A stretch of 64,000 nucleotides of DNA from an uncultured cyanobacterium (GCA_963706595.1 OY970166.1:4960001-5024000), one strand, 5' to 3'; shown: positions 52,310-63,657, numbered from the stretch's first letter. The notes: generated from the letters alone by a model not told the origin. Program-made: numbers and translations.

Positions 52310-53302
52310 ATGAGAAATTCATCTAATTCGCCCGACTATAATTCATTACCTCTAAATGATGAAAATCTGGAATTGATAGCTAAGGATGGCAGAAAAGATT
52401 GGTTTGACCAAGGATTTACATGGCTCGTCTATACTTTTGCAGCAATTACTGTGGCGATGCTATTTGTGATGAGTTGGATCATTTTTAAAGAAGCTCGACC
52501 AGCTATTGCCAAGTTTGGTATAGAGTTTTTATGGGGGCAAGATTGGGATGTAAATAATGATGTTTTCGGTGCTTTACCTTATATTTATGGAACATTGGTA
52601 AGTAGTGCGATCGCCATTTTATTTGCTTTTCCTGTAGGTTTAGCAGTTGCATTAGTTACCAGCGAAAATTTTTTACCAGTTTCCATACAAACAACTCTGG
52701 CATTTGTGGTTCAGTTAATTGCCGCAATTCCCAGTGTAATTATTGGTTTATGGGGAATCTTTATTTTTATTCCAGTTTTAGAACCCCTGCAAAGGTGGAT
52801 AGCTCAATATTTTAGTTGGATGCCATTATTTAATACCACAGACCCTTTTGGGACAAATATGTTAACTGCGGGAATTGTCCTCGCAATTATGATTCTGCCC
52901 ACAATAGCAGCGATTACTCGTGATGTGTTATTAGCAATTCCGAAAGAATTACGTAGTGCGTCCATGGCTTTGGGTAGTACCCGTTGGGAAACAATTTTTA
53001 GAGTGTTACTACCTGCTGGATTTTCGGGAATTGTCAGCGCCGCAATGCTAGCTTTAGGAAGAGCTTTGGGCGAAACAATGGCTGTGACTATGGTGATTGG
53101 TAATTCTTCTCAAATCAGTGCTTCTTTATTAGATCCGGGTTATACAATACCGTCTGTTATAGCTAATGAATTTGCCGAAGCCTACCCTGGATTGCACATT
53201 GGGGCTTTAACTTATTTGGGATTAGTTTTGTTTGCAGTGACTTTGTTTGTGAATTTTGGTGCTGTGCTTCTGGTAGAGTTGGTGGGAAAAAAGAATCGCT
53301 AA
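52310..53302 (+). CDS. pstC: phosphate ABC transporter permease
   Basis: AAIPSVIIGLWG, LGRALGETMAV. Confidence 0.96.
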   Translation: MRNSSNSPDYNSLPLNDENLELIAKDGRKDWFDQGFTWLVYTFAAITVAMLFVMSWIIFKEARPAIAKFGIEFLWGQDWDVNNDVFGALPYIYGTLVSSAIAILFAFPVGLAVALVTSENFLPVSIQTTLAFVVQLIAAIPSVIIGLWGIFIFIPVLEPLQRWIAQYFSWMPLFNTTDPFGTNMLTAGIVLAIMILPTIAAITRDVLLAIPKELRSASMALGSTRWETIFRVLLPAGFSGIVSAAMLALGRALGETMAVTMVIGNSSQISASLLDPGYTIPSVIANEFAEAYPGLHIGALTYLGLVLFAVTLFVNFGAVLLVELVGKKNR

Positions 53303-53362
53303 AAAATCAATCCAACATATAGCATTTACTCAATTAATTAAATATTATAAGTTTACATAAAT

Positions 53363-54244
53363 ATGAGTGGTTATCAGCAGTTTAAAATAGATAAATCTCT
53401 AGCTAATGAATTATTTAGCCCTTTACCAAAATCAAGGCAGTTATTTACTTATTTAATGAATGCGATCGCCTTGGCATTCACGGTGATAGCTTTAGTTCCT
53501 TTATTATCTATTTTGTGGGAAATTCTCGCGAGGGGAATCTCTGGACTAAAGCTAGAAATGTTTGTCAATCCTGTGATTGATTTTGGTTTTGGCAATGCCA
53601 TTCTAGGAACAGCAGTAATCGTGAGTATTGCGGCTCTATTAAGTGTTCCCGTAGGCGTATTAACGGGGATATTTTTAGCCGAATTTGGACGTATTAACCC
53701 AGCAGCTAATTTTGTGCGCTTTATCACTAATATTCTGACTGGTGTACCTTCCATTATTGTGGGTGTATTCGCTTACAGTATAATCGTTTTAGTAACTAAA
53801 AAATTTAGTGCGATCGCAGGTGGCTTCGCTTTAGCCACAATCATGCTACCCGTGATTGTCCTGACCACCGAAGAAGCTTTAAAACTAGTTCCTACAGACC
53901 AACGCCTAGCCTCCGCAGCTTTAGGCGGTAATCGCCTGCAAACTACTTTTCGCATCGTAGTTACTGCCGCATTACCTGCAATTACCACAGGTATTCTTTT
54001 AGCAGTCGCCCGTGCGGCTGGTGAAACAGCACCCCTGCTTTTTACGGCTTTGTTTAGCCTAGATTGGTCAGAAGGATTACTCAGTCCAACTGCTTCCTTA
54101 CCAGTATTAATTTACAACCTCTACAACGACCCCGACCCGCAAAAACATCAATTAGTTTGGACTACTTCTATAATCTTACTTGGCTTGGTTTTATTTGTAA
54201 GTATTATCTCTCGCTTAGTTACTCATAAAATAAAGATTAAGTAA
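53363..54244 (+). CDS. pstA: phosphate ABC transporter permease
   Basis: GVPSIIVG, ARAAGETAPLL. Confidence 0.96.
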   Translation: MSGYQQFKIDKSLANELFSPLPKSRQLFTYLMNAIALAFTVIALVPLLSILWEILARGISGLKLEMFVNPVIDFGFGNAILGTAVIVSIAALLSVPVGVLTGIFLAEFGRINPAANFVRFITNILTGVPSIIVGVFAYSIIVLVTKKFSAIAGGFALATIMLPVIVLTTEEALKLVPTDQRLASAALGGNRLQTTFRIVVTAALPAITTGILLAVARAAGETAPLLFTALFSLDWSEGLLSPTASLPVLIYNLYNDPDPQKHQLVWTTSIILLGLVLFVSIISRLVTHKIKIK

Positions 54245-54274
54245 AAAATAAAAGATCGCAAGTTTATATACAAA

Positions 54275-55054
54275 ATGAACACATTAACTCCAGCTATTCA
54301 AGTCAAAAATCTCAGCTTTTACTACAGCACCACTAAAGCAATTGATAATGTCTCCATAGATATTTATCACAATCAAGTAACTGCACTTATAGGACCTAGT
54401 GGTTGTGGTAAATCAACCTTCATCAAGAGTCTGAATCGGATTGGCGAATTAGAAGGTTCCGTCAAAGTAGAAGGACGTGTAGAATTTTTGGGTCAAAATA
54501 TTTATGACCCCCGCATCAACTTAAATCGATTACGCCGCCAAATTGGTATGGTGTTCCAAAAACCAAATCCTTTTCCCATGAGCATTTACGAAAATGTTGC
54601 TTATGGGATCAGAATAGCTGGCAGATGTTCACAAATGGAATTAGATGCAATAGTGGAATCTGCTCTAAAAGGTGCTGCACTTTGGAATGAAGTCAAAGAT
54701 AAGTTAAATAAATCAGCTTTAGGTCTTTCCGGTGGTCAACAACAACGACTTTGCATCGCCCGTGCTTTAGCTGTCAAACCAAAAGTTCTCCTCATGGATG
54801 AACCTTGTTCGGCTCTTGACCCCATTGCTACCATGAAAATTGAGGAACTAATCCAGAGTTTGCGCTCTGAATTGACGATTGCTATTGTGACTCACAATAT
54901 GCAGCAAGCCACTCGTGTTTCAGATTTCACGGCTTTTTTCAGCACCGATGAAAGTCGTATTGGTCAAATGGTTGAATTTGGTGCCACAAATCAAATATTT
55001 AACAACCCTCTAGATTCCCGCACTCATGACTATGTTTCAGGACGTTTTGGTTAA
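54275..55054 (+). CDS. pstB: phosphate ABC transporter ATPase
   Basis: [37 protein letters not shown]. Confidence 0.97.
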   Translation: MNTLTPAIQVKNLSFYYSTTKAIDNVSIDIYHNQVTALIGPSGCGKSTFIKSLNRIGELEGSVKVEGRVEFLGQNIYDPRINLNRLRRQIGMVFQKPNPFPMSIYENVAYGIRIAGRCSQMELDAIVESALKGAALWNEVKDKLNKSALGLSGGQQQRLCIARALAVKPKVLLMDEPCSALDPIATMKIEELIQSLRSELTIAIVTHNMQQATRVSDFTAFFSTDESRIGQMVEFGATNQIFNNPLDSRTHDYVSGRFG

Positions 55055-55097
55055 AGCACTTTTATATAGTAATCCGCTTTGATTTTTGATAGCTTGC

Positions 55098-55168
55098 GTA
55101 GGGGGGAGTGGGGAGTGGGTAGGGGGGAGTGGGGAGTGGGTAGGGGGGAGTGGGGAGTGGGGAGTGGG
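55098..55168. repeat. G-rich heptamer-derived array, 21-nt unit (GTAGGGGGGAGTGGGGAGTGG)x3
   Basis: Direct reading, just downstream of pstB. Confidence 0.9.
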
Positions 55169-55672
55169 AAAAAGCCATTTTGAGTTGTACTGATTATTGA
55201 ACAAACACGTAAGTAAGTGGCGTGTTAGCCCAGCGTAATACACCGACGGCACACTACGTCAAAACTTTAGCGATAGTCCAAGATTTTGGGTCATTTATTT
55301 TTTGGAACACTCTTAGCTAAATTGGCATTTTTAGGTTTTTTTAAGAAAATTTTACAAAATACAATTACGTAAATAATACAATACTGTAGTCTTATCTTCA
55401 TGAAAACTTTACAAAATCAATGATTATCTTACTTAAAAAAAATAATTGCAACACTTATAGTGACTAGCTTTTAGCGTTTATGTTGTTTTCCTGATCATGT
55501 ATTGTTTATATGAATTAAGATGCTGACTGTTGCATGTAACCGTAGAAATATGCGATTTATAGAGTGACTACACGCTTTGGCGCTTTGAATAACAAACATA
55601 GATAGTCAATGGACTCGCTTTGATTTGTTTTTAAGGCTATTTCCTCTTGCAACTTTGGAGAAGTAGATATCA

Positions 55673-56302
55673 ATGTCTAATAATCAATTAATGAGAAAAG
55701 CAACTTTAACTGCAAGTGTTGTCGGTATAGTTGGTTTATCCAACCTTTTGAGTGTTAAAGCATCCCACGCGGCAGGCTTCAATATTAATATACCTTTAAA
55801 CACCTATACCCTTAGCGGTGATACCTCTTTTTCGGCTCCCAATAACCTACTGTTTGATGATTTTTTCAAAGATGATTTCATTCTGTTTGAGGGAGTAGGA
55901 ACAGCTATTTCAGTAAATTCTCCTTTCGTTGAACCTAAGAAATTCAAGTCTGTGTTCGCACACTTCGATTATGCATTTGTTACAGGTCCGGAGCCTAGCG
56001 AATTTAAATTCAGTCTCTTTAACGACACAGAAGATGAAACTACCTTTTTTGAACTTTTATCTGCATCTACAGGAGAGACAGCATCCATCGAGCTTACTAA
56101 CTTTTATACCAAACCAGGCAATTACCAATTGAACTTTTCAAGTAATGGTGGTCAAGCAGGCTTTAATAATTTTGTAATCAAGGTAGAGACAGTACCGGAA
56201 CCTACTACCACCATTGGCTTGCTAGCTTTAGGAATTGGTGCAGTAACTCTGAAGCGTAAAGGTAAATTTAGCCTTGGTGTATTATCAAAATCAGCTTCAT
56301 AA
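55673..56302 (+). CDS. PEP-CTERM sorting-domain protein
   Basis: Signal peptide ending ASHA; C-terminal VPEPTTTIGLLALGIGAVTLKRK. Confidence 0.9.
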   Translation: MSNNQLMRKATLTASVVGIVGLSNLLSVKASHAAGFNINIPLNTYTLSGDTSFSAPNNLLFDDFFKDDFILFEGVGTAISVNSPFVEPKKFKSVFAHFDYAFVTGPEPSEFKFSLFNDTEDETTFFELLSASTGETASIELTNFYTKPGNYQLNFSSNGGQAGFNNFVIKVETVPEPTTTIGLLALGIGAVTLKRKGKFSLGVLSKSAS

Positions 56303-57000
56303 GTAAATAGACGGTTATAGATATTACAAAACCCAGATACCCGATTTCTTGGTGAAGTCGGGTATTACTTTATTTTTTTATATTTAATTAACTCAAAAAT
56401 ACATTAATGCTTGTATGCGTTTATATATGCTTACTTTTTTTATGCCATACAGTTTTATAGTAATTATATAATTTATACAAATAATACTTAAATTAACAGC
56501 AAGCTGCTATTCTGGGAACATAACCTATATCTGCCCACATCTCGTTACAAAATGAAGAGATGTTACTTTAGCATCCTGACTACATTCTCAGCAAATTCAC
56601 TTATATCTATGGACTGAATACACCCAAAATTATTATATTCCTGACAGGACTCACAAGGAATGGGATAATCAGATGACAATTTAAGGTAATAAATCTACTG
56701 TTTCAACCAAAACTCATTAGGTGTCAAGAAAATTTTCTAGTGTTATTTGCTTGATTTTAACTTTATCAAATAAGCATAACACATTTCATTAACTTGGAAA
56801 AAAGCCGCCTTTAATTAAAAGATGCCAAAACGAGCATTTATTTTGACGCTGGGTAGTCATCAATGAATGAGTAATAGCTTCCGTTATTCTGCCTTTATTC
56901 GTAACTATAACGAATCCATATTGACTTCACAAATAACAAAACAGTCATACTTATTTTTGCTGATTTGTTTGCTCAATATCTATTGTACAAGTTTTTTAGC

Positions 57001-57786
57001 ATGAATAAACTAAGTCCAGCTATCAAAGTTAAAAATCTCAGCATTTTTTACAATACCCAAAAGATACTTGAAGGGGTATCAATGGATATTTATCAGAGCA
57101 AAGTCACTGCAATTATTGGAGCTAGTGGTTGTGGAAAGTCTACTTTTCTGAAATGCCTCAATCGCATGATTGAATTAGAGCCAAAAGTCCGGGTTGAGGG
57201 CAGGGTAGAATTTTTTAATCAAAATATTTATGAGCGTCGAGTCAACTTAAATCGGCTTCGTCGCCAAGTGAGTATGGTACTCCCAAAACCGAATCTTTTT
57301 CCGATGAGTGTTTACGATAATGTGGCTTATGGAGTGAAAATAGTCGGGTGGCATCCGAAAGCAGAATTAGACGCGATTGTAGAATCTGCCATTAAAGATG
57401 CCGATCTTTGGGATGAAGTGAAAAATAAATTGTACAAGTCGGCTTTAGACCTTTCTGGCGGTCAACAACAGCGACTATGCATTGCTCGTGCTTTAGCAGT
57501 TAAGCCACAAATTATCCTCATGGATGAGCCTTGTTTTGCTCTTGATACTACTGCTAGCATGAAAGTTGAAAGTTTAATCCAAAGTTTGCGTTTGCGTTCA
57601 GAATTGACAATGGTAATTATTAGTCACAACTTGCAGCAAGTTAATCGCTTATCGGATTTCACAGCTTTCTTTCATAGTAATGAAAATAGGATCGGTGAAA
57701 TGATTGAATTTGGTGCTACAAAAAAAATCTTTACTAACCCTCTGGATTCTCGTACCCGTGAGTACGTTTTTCCCCATCTTAGTTGA
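57001..57786 (+). CDS. pstB: second, divergent phosphate ABC ATPase
   Basis: [29 protein letters not shown]; start MNKLSP at 57001. Confidence 0.88.
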   Translation: MNKLSPAIKVKNLSIFYNTQKILEGVSMDIYQSKVTAIIGASGCGKSTFLKCLNRMIELEPKVRVEGRVEFFNQNIYERRVNLNRLRRQVSMVLPKPNLFPMSVYDNVAYGVKIVGWHPKAELDAIVESAIKDADLWDEVKNKLYKSALDLSGGQQQRLCIARALAVKPQIILMDEPCFALDTTASMKVESLIQSLRLRSELTMVIISHNLQQVNRLSDFTAFFHSNENRIGEMIEFGATKKIFTNPLDSRTREYVFPHLS

Positions 57787-58025
57787 GCTATTTTTTGTAA
57801 AACTATGACATTTTTAGGGCAAATTGCCGTTTAAATCTATTTAATCTCTCCGGGAAAGCAGATTTGTGGATTTGTGGAACTTCTGCTCAGAGTTTAGCTA
57901 ATTTTCAAGTAATTTCTTTAAGTATTCTCACGGATATCAGGGGTTTTTAGCTAGATATAAAATAGTCTTAATTACTATCTTTAATGATGTTCTGAAGCCG
58001 ACTATCCTAATGTAATGTATGAGTT

Positions 58026-59414
58026 ATGTCAAATGATGAACGGTTGCGATCTACTTATAATTCTGACTTAATTAACCAACTTAGTATTTCTGTTTGTAAT
58101 GAAATTATGCCGACTTTACAGCAGCATTCTGAATTAGTTATTGTAAATTACCGAAGTTTTGACTGGAGACAACCTCAATACAAATCTGCACTCATAGCTG
58201 AGTTAAACAAAAAAATCAGCGATTTGGCAGATTATGCTACACTGATGCCAATGATTAAAGAATATTTGGGGCTTTTTCTAGTTCCAAGTTTTTTCTCTTC
58301 GCCAACTTTCCGCAATCTAGAAGTAATCATTGATGAGTCAATCCAACGCCTCAATTCGATTGAGTTAAATAGTCAAGATATTTTAGAGCCGCTTAAAAGT
58401 TATTTTTATCGTCCAGCGATCGCTATTTTATTGCTAGATGCAGAAAATTTACAACTCGACAGTAAAATGGAACAGTTTTTAACAACAGTTTCCACCTATC
58501 CCCTGCAAGTCAAAATTGCCTTTGCTAATTGGTCTAAAATGGGTAAACGGGATGAAGAATTACATCAGCGTGGATACGAATTAATTCACGTTCCTGTCGG
58601 TAAAGATAATGCTGATGGTAAAATGATTGCTTTGGGTTCGTCAGTTCATGAACGTTACACCCATGCTAAGGAAGTTATAGTTTGTTCGTCAGATAAAGTG
58701 ATGACTAATCTGTGCAACCATCTTCAGCAAAATGGATTAATAGTTTATCAGGCTATTAAGAAAGAAGAAGTCCTGATAGTATTGAATAGCTCTACAGGAA
58801 AACCCATCACACAATTTCCCAATTCTACTCCTGAGATTCCCACAATTGAAATTTGTCTTCAACAAATTAAACAGTTAATCCAAGCAGAGCAAAAACAAAA
58901 GAAAGTTTATTGGGTTAAACTTTCCGCTCTTTCTAAAAGTTTTAAAGATAAATATAATTTTACTATCAGTCAAGTAGTTTCTCAGCATTTACCTGGGAAA
59001 AGAGCGAGAGATATTTTTATTAACTATCCGGCTGAATTTGCGGTTCACCAAGTCGATACATCATCTGAAATATACATAACACTATTTCACATTAATCAGT
59101 CGCCGCCACTAAATAGTACAGAAAATGGTTCATTAAGTAGTAAGAATAAATCTCCCTTATTATCTAGTATTAATTCCGCAGCAGATTTAGAAAAAGCACT
59201 CCAGGATATTCTCCAGGAGTTAACGATAAAATCTTCTGCGAGCTACATTGATATTAGCCCTTTGGGTGTTGAATTTAGTCAGCGCTATGGTGAACGGATA
59301 AATGAGCAAATCAAATCTTTAAAGTTGACAGGTAATTTTATTAAATTTTTGCAGTCGTGTAAATCTTTTAACCTGAAGCAAACAGGGAAAGGATGGCAAG
59401 TTGCTTTACGTTAG
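58026..59414 (+). CDS. NYN (PIN-like) domain protein with probable C-terminal OST-HTH/LOTUS domains
   Basis: LLLDAENL, GKDNADGKM and VCSSD acidic motifs; two winged-helix-like C-terminal segments. Confidence 0.75.
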   Translation: MSNDERLRSTYNSDLINQLSISVCNEIMPTLQQHSELVIVNYRSFDWRQPQYKSALIAELNKKISDLADYATLMPMIKEYLGLFLVPSFFSSPTFRNLEVIIDESIQRLNSIELNSQDILEPLKSYFYRPAIAILLLDAENLQLDSKMEQFLTTVSTYPLQVKIAFANWSKMGKRDEELHQRGYELIHVPVGKDNADGKMIALGSSVHERYTHAKEVIVCSSDKVMTNLCNHLQQNGLIVYQAIKKEEVLIVLNSSTGKPITQFPNSTPEIPTIEICLQQIKQLIQAEQKQKKVYWVKLSALSKSFKDKYNFTISQVVSQHLPGKRARDIFINYPAEFAVHQVDTSSEIYITLFHINQSPPLNSTENGSLSSKNKSPLLSSINSAADLEKALQDILQELTIKSSASYIDISPLGVEFSQRYGERINEQIKSLKLTGNFIKFLQSCKSFNLKQTGKGWQVALR

Positions 59415-59669
59415 ATTCTCCGATCATATATACTGATATTTTATATCTGGCATTTCTAGGCATAAACCCAGATAAGGTTAAAAGATGCGCGATAGTGCTA
59501 CCTTATTTATATGGAATTTTATCACTTAATCAAGGGGTTTGGCGGAAACAACATCAATTTTTTTTGTGCAAAATGTAAGGTGTATGATTAATGAAGAAAT
59601 ACTTGATAATCTAGCAAAAAATTGAAAAATTACAGATAGGTAAGCTGTTGTGCTGGATTCTCAGGATTT

Positions 59670-60710
59670 ATGAACATCGATCACGTTCACTTTTATGTCG
59701 AAGATGCCAAAGTCTGGCGAGATTGGTTTGTACACCACCTGGGGTTTACAGCAGTAGATAGTAGCATCGCTTCGGTTCACACTTGTACAGAAGTGGTGAG
59801 CAATGGGATCGTGCGCTTTTTGCTGTCTTCAGCTTTATTACCTACGAGTCCGGTGGCGGCGTTTCTGCGGGAACATCCCCCTGGGGTAGCAGATGTGGCT
59901 TTTGCTCTGGAAGATGTGGAAGGAGCGATCGCACTGGCTGAAACTCACGGCGCTACTGTCATTCAACCCATGCAGTCACAGCCGTTTGGTGATGTCTCCC
60001 GCAAGTGTGGTAAAATCGCCGCTTGGGGTGGGTTGTCTCATACGTTGATTGAAAGCTCAGGAGTGACAACTGTTGATGCAGAACAAACCACAGGTCATAC
60101 TTTTACTGCTATAGATCACATTGTGCTGAATGTAGCAGTAGGTGAATTAGAGTCGGCTGTTGCTTGGTATGCAAAAATTCTCGATTTTCAACCCCAGCAA
60201 AGTTTTAAAATTAAAACCGACCGTTCTGCTTTATATAGCCAAGTCATGGTTTCCCGTAACGGTAGGGTACAATTACCGATTAATGAACCAGCTTCCCGTA
60301 ATTCCCAAATTCAAGAGTTTCTGGATGTGAATCGCGGACCGGGAATTCAACACATCGCCTTGGGGACTGCTAATTTAATTAGTGCGATCGCTCAATTTCG
60401 CTCTCGTGGTTTATCTTTACTGTCTGTTCCCCAAACTTACTACTCACAGCTGCAACAGCGCCCCGGATTCCCTCTCTCAATGCGAGAACTTGAGGCGATC
60501 GCCCAGCAAGAAATTTTGGTGGATTGGAAAGAAAATGCCCAAAATGCCGTATTATTACAGATTTTTACTCAGCCCATTTTTGGACAACCGACTTTTTTCT
60601 TTGAGTTTATTGAGCGCCGTTATCAAGCTAAAGGTTTTGGGGAAGGTAATTTTCGCGCTTTATTTGAGGCCATTGAAAGTGAGCAAATTAAACGCGGCAC
60701 TTTGCAATAA
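59670..60710 (+). CDS. hppD: 4-hydroxyphenylpyruvate dioxygenase
   Basis: IDHIVLNV, PGIQHIAL, FFEFIER, GFGEGNFRALF. Confidence 0.96.
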   Translation: MNIDHVHFYVEDAKVWRDWFVHHLGFTAVDSSIASVHTCTEVVSNGIVRFLLSSALLPTSPVAAFLREHPPGVADVAFALEDVEGAIALAETHGATVIQPMQSQPFGDVSRKCGKIAAWGGLSHTLIESSGVTTVDAEQTTGHTFTAIDHIVLNVAVGELESAVAWYAKILDFQPQQSFKIKTDRSALYSQVMVSRNGRVQLPINEPASRNSQIQEFLDVNRGPGIQHIALGTANLISAIAQFRSRGLSLLSVPQTYYSQLQQRPGFPLSMRELEAIAQQEILVDWKENAQNAVLLQIFTQPIFGQPTFFFEFIERRYQAKGFGEGNFRALFEAIESEQIKRGTLQ

Positions 60711-60750
60711 CTAATGGGATAATTGTCATAAAAATTCACAACTTCCGCCA

Positions 60751-61431
60751 ATGCTAAGACTAATCACCGACTTCGACGGTCCGATTATGGATGTGTCTGA
60801 ACGGTATTACCGTGTTTATCAATTTTGTTTGCAGCAAATCCAACATCCAGAACAATCTGTGCAACAACTGGACAAGGCGGAATTTTGGCAATTAAAGCGA
60901 TCGCGCGTCCCGGAAAGACAAATTGCCTTAAACTCTGGTTTGGATGCCACCCAAGCCCAAGAATTTGCCCAGTTACGGCGAAAAACCGTACACACAGACA
61001 ATTATTTTCAGCATGACATTCTGATCCCAGGTGCTGTAGAGGCGCTGTTAAAAATTCAACAGGCTGGAATTGATTTGGCTGTGATGACAATGCGTCGAGT
61101 CCGGGAACTAGATTATGCGGTGAAAAAATACGACTTAGACAGTTTTTTTCCTCAAAATCGCTGCTATTGCCTGGAAAACGATTATGTTAAAACTACTGAC
61201 ATTGAAGATAAGCCCTTGTTGATGCAACGGGCTTTAGCAGAACTTCCCGAAGCCGCCGATACTTGGATGGTGGGAGATACAGAAGCCGATATTGCGGCGG
61301 CGAAAAAATATGGTATTAAGGTGATGGCTGTGGAGTCTGGGATTCGCGATCGCACTCAATTAGAAATTTACCAACCCGACTTAATTGTTCAGGATTTGAG
61401 TACAGCTGTCAAAATCATCCTCGAATCTTAA
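60751..61431 (+). CDS. HAD-family hydrolase
   Basis: DFDGPIMD, MVGDTEAD. Confidence 0.9.
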   Translation: MLRLITDFDGPIMDVSERYYRVYQFCLQQIQHPEQSVQQLDKAEFWQLKRSRVPERQIALNSGLDATQAQEFAQLRRKTVHTDNYFQHDILIPGAVEALLKIQQAGIDLAVMTMRRVRELDYAVKKYDLDSFFPQNRCYCLENDYVKTTDIEDKPLLMQRALAELPEAADTWMVGDTEADIAAAKKYGIKVMAVESGIRDRTQLEIYQPDLIVQDLSTAVKIILES

Positions 61432-61537
61432 CGAGTCGAAATTAGCTAACAGTGCCTGATATTAACAACATGGGTAACAGATACAATTAAGTTATCTATT
61501 ACCCTTGATCAATCTAAAATTCAAAATACTCATCGGC

Positions 61538-62164
61538 TTAACGTAGAAAACTGCTAATGAGCCACAACACTATAAATGTTAACACTGTCGAGAACTGCTC
61601 AGAAGTTAGCTGTCCCAAATTTATTTGCGGTAAGAGCCAGCTAGCAAGTAGCCCCCCGACAACTAAACCGACAATCAAACCAACCAGCGTCAATAAAACT
61701 GCTCTACCAAACTTCCCTTCTTTGCGTTTCAGGAAGTAAACACTGATGCCTACACCTACCACTAAAGCCAACTGTAAAACCTGATCGCCTGCCGACTGAG
61801 TAAATACACTAATAGTACTTAAACCCAAATACCAAGCTCCAGGTAACAGTATATCTTTAGGCGCGGGTTGATCGAGTATTCGTTGCAGCCATGCAGGCGA
61901 CTGCTCGCGTGGAGTGGGACTTTCTTTTGAAGGCAGTTGTACTCGTAGTTCTGGAAATCTGATTCGTTCAGGTACTTTAATTTTACCTTCCTGGCGCATC
62001 CGTAGGCGATCCATTAAAATCGCATCGTAAGCTACTTCAATCAGTTCTAGACTGTTGGCATCGCCATTGTATTGCTCCAATTGGCGATTACGAGCATCCT
62101 GAATTTCATCGAAGCTAGCATCTTCTGATACCCCAAGTTTCTCGTAGGGATTTTGATCGCTCAT
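61538..62164 (-). CDS. CPP1-like (DUF3353) J-like membrane protein
   Basis: NPYEKLGVSEDASFDEIQ, AYDAILMDRLRMRQEGKI, 3 TM helices. Confidence 0.9.
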   Translation of the reverse strand: MSDQNPYEKLGVSEDASFDEIQDARNRQLEQYNGDANSLELIEVAYDAILMDRLRMRQEGKIKVPERIRFPELRVQLPSKESPTPREQSPAWLQRILDQPAPKDILLPGAWYLGLSTISVFTQSAGDQVLQLALVVGVGISVYFLKRKEGKFGRAVLLTLVGLIVGLVVGGLLASWLLPQINLGQLTSEQFSTVLTFIVLWLISSFLR

Positions 62165-62858
62165 GGGAGTTTATACTTTCTTTAGCCTTAGTCAGCGGCA
62201 GTTTTTTGCTTTTTGAAAAAACAACTTTAGGTTTTATCTTGATTCAAACCAACGTATGAACCCATTTTTATGCCCTACAAGGATAGTAGCATGGGTTAGT
62301 TGGATTGACTGGGAATTCTGAACTACGTCAACTTTAACATATTGCCATAACACTGTGTATACACTCATTACTTTGGTTTATGAGCGATTTACTCTATAAT
62401 TTTAACTAGAGATGCCAAAAACGCATTTTTTATGAAAAAGTTAACATTTGGCATTTTTAGAGAGAGTATGTTGAGGAAATTTTCAGGAATTAGCCTCACG
62501 ATAGCTTGTAGGTATGTATCCACCACATATAGATTTAAAATCAAAAAGATTTAAATCCCCACTTAATTGGGAAAATAAAGCCTACTAGGTAACGGAACTG
62601 CTATGGAAAATCTTGAGAAAATCGGTCTAGTACACATTGAACTGGATAATTACAATACCCGTACTTAAGTATATGTGTGACTAGCACAATTTTCTTACTT
62701 TCATTTTCCAGAATTCTGATTACACTATTATTCTGGATAATCAGGAAATGCCTTCCTTACCCTTGTAAAGTCTTAAATAACTCCCAAAGTGGAAACTGCG
62801 TTTTTACGCAAACCTCCTTCTGTGTTAATCTTATGAATTTTTGTGCAAAGTGATGGTC

Positions 62859-63578
62859 ATGGCTCCCGCCAAGATTCTTGTAGTTGATGACGACCCTGCG
62901 GTCCGAAATTTAATCCAACGCTTTTTGATGAAGCAGACCTATCAGGTGGAGGCTGCTGAGGATGGTAAAACAGCCTTAGCCCTATTTGAGCAATTCAACC
63001 CAGATTTGGTAATTTTAGATGTAAATTTACCAGATGTGATTGGGTTTAACCTCTGCCAGGAAATGCAAAGTCGTAATGGTGTTTTTGTGTTGATGCTGAC
63101 TAGCCGCGCTGACGAAGCCGACAAAATTCGCGGCTTTTCTAAAGGTGCTGATGACTATCTCACCAAGCCATTTGGACTGGGAGAGTTAGAAGTGAGAGTA
63201 GCGGCAATTTTGAGACGACAGCGGATTGTGACTACCGCTGAACAGAAACGTCTAGTATTTGAAAAGTTAATGATCGATCCAGCACGACGGGAGGTCGCAC
63301 TGAACAACCAAGCAATACCCTTAACTGCGCTAGAATTTGACTTATTGCATTTTCTCGCTAGCCATCCGGGTAGAGTCTGGCGACGTGCAGAACTGATTCA
63401 AGAGGTCTGGGATTATGAATATGTTGGCGACCAACGGGTTGTAGATGTACACATCGGTCAAATTCGTAAAAAGATTGAAATCGATGCTAGCCAACCAGCA
63501 CTAATTCAAACCGTACGTGGCGTAGGGTATAAGTTTGAATGTCCCGCTCACTCCCCGCAGTTGGAAACTCATTCGTAA
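62859..63578 (+). CDS. OmpR-family response regulator (RpaB/SrrA-like)
   Basis: ILVVDDD, ILDVNLP, GADDYLTKPF, VVDVHIGQIRKK, TVRGVGY; exact orthologue not assigned. Confidence 0.93.
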   Translation: MAPAKILVVDDDPAVRNLIQRFLMKQTYQVEAAEDGKTALALFEQFNPDLVILDVNLPDVIGFNLCQEMQSRNGVFVLMLTSRADEADKIRGFSKGADDYLTKPFGLGELEVRVAAILRRQRIVTTAEQKRLVFEKLMIDPARREVALNNQAIPLTALEFDLLHFLASHPGRVWRRAELIQEVWDYEYVGDQRVVDVHIGQIRKKIEIDASQPALIQTVRGVGYKFECPAHSPQLETHS

Positions 63579-63608
63579 GTGCATCGTCTCTGGTCTAGAG
63601 TTTTTTAC

Positions 63609-63657
63609 GATTCGTGAGGCGTAAAACCCCCGTCATTTATGCGGGGGAGTGCGTCAA
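63609..63657 (+). mobile_element. 49-bp IS200/IS605-derived mini element (single hairpin) inserted 3' of TTAC and ending in TCAA
   Basis: TTAC|GATTCGTGAGGCGTAAAA-CCCCCG-tcatttatg-CGGGGG-AGTGCGTCAA|; it splits a palindrome. Confidence 0.75.

Noticed and set aside
55037..55252. 71-aa ORF with PTHSPLP repeats
   Set aside because: Translation of the heptamer array
62859..63578. Naming the regulator rpaA, rpaB or nrrA
   Set aside because: The N-terminus does not match those proteins as I recall them; left unnamed
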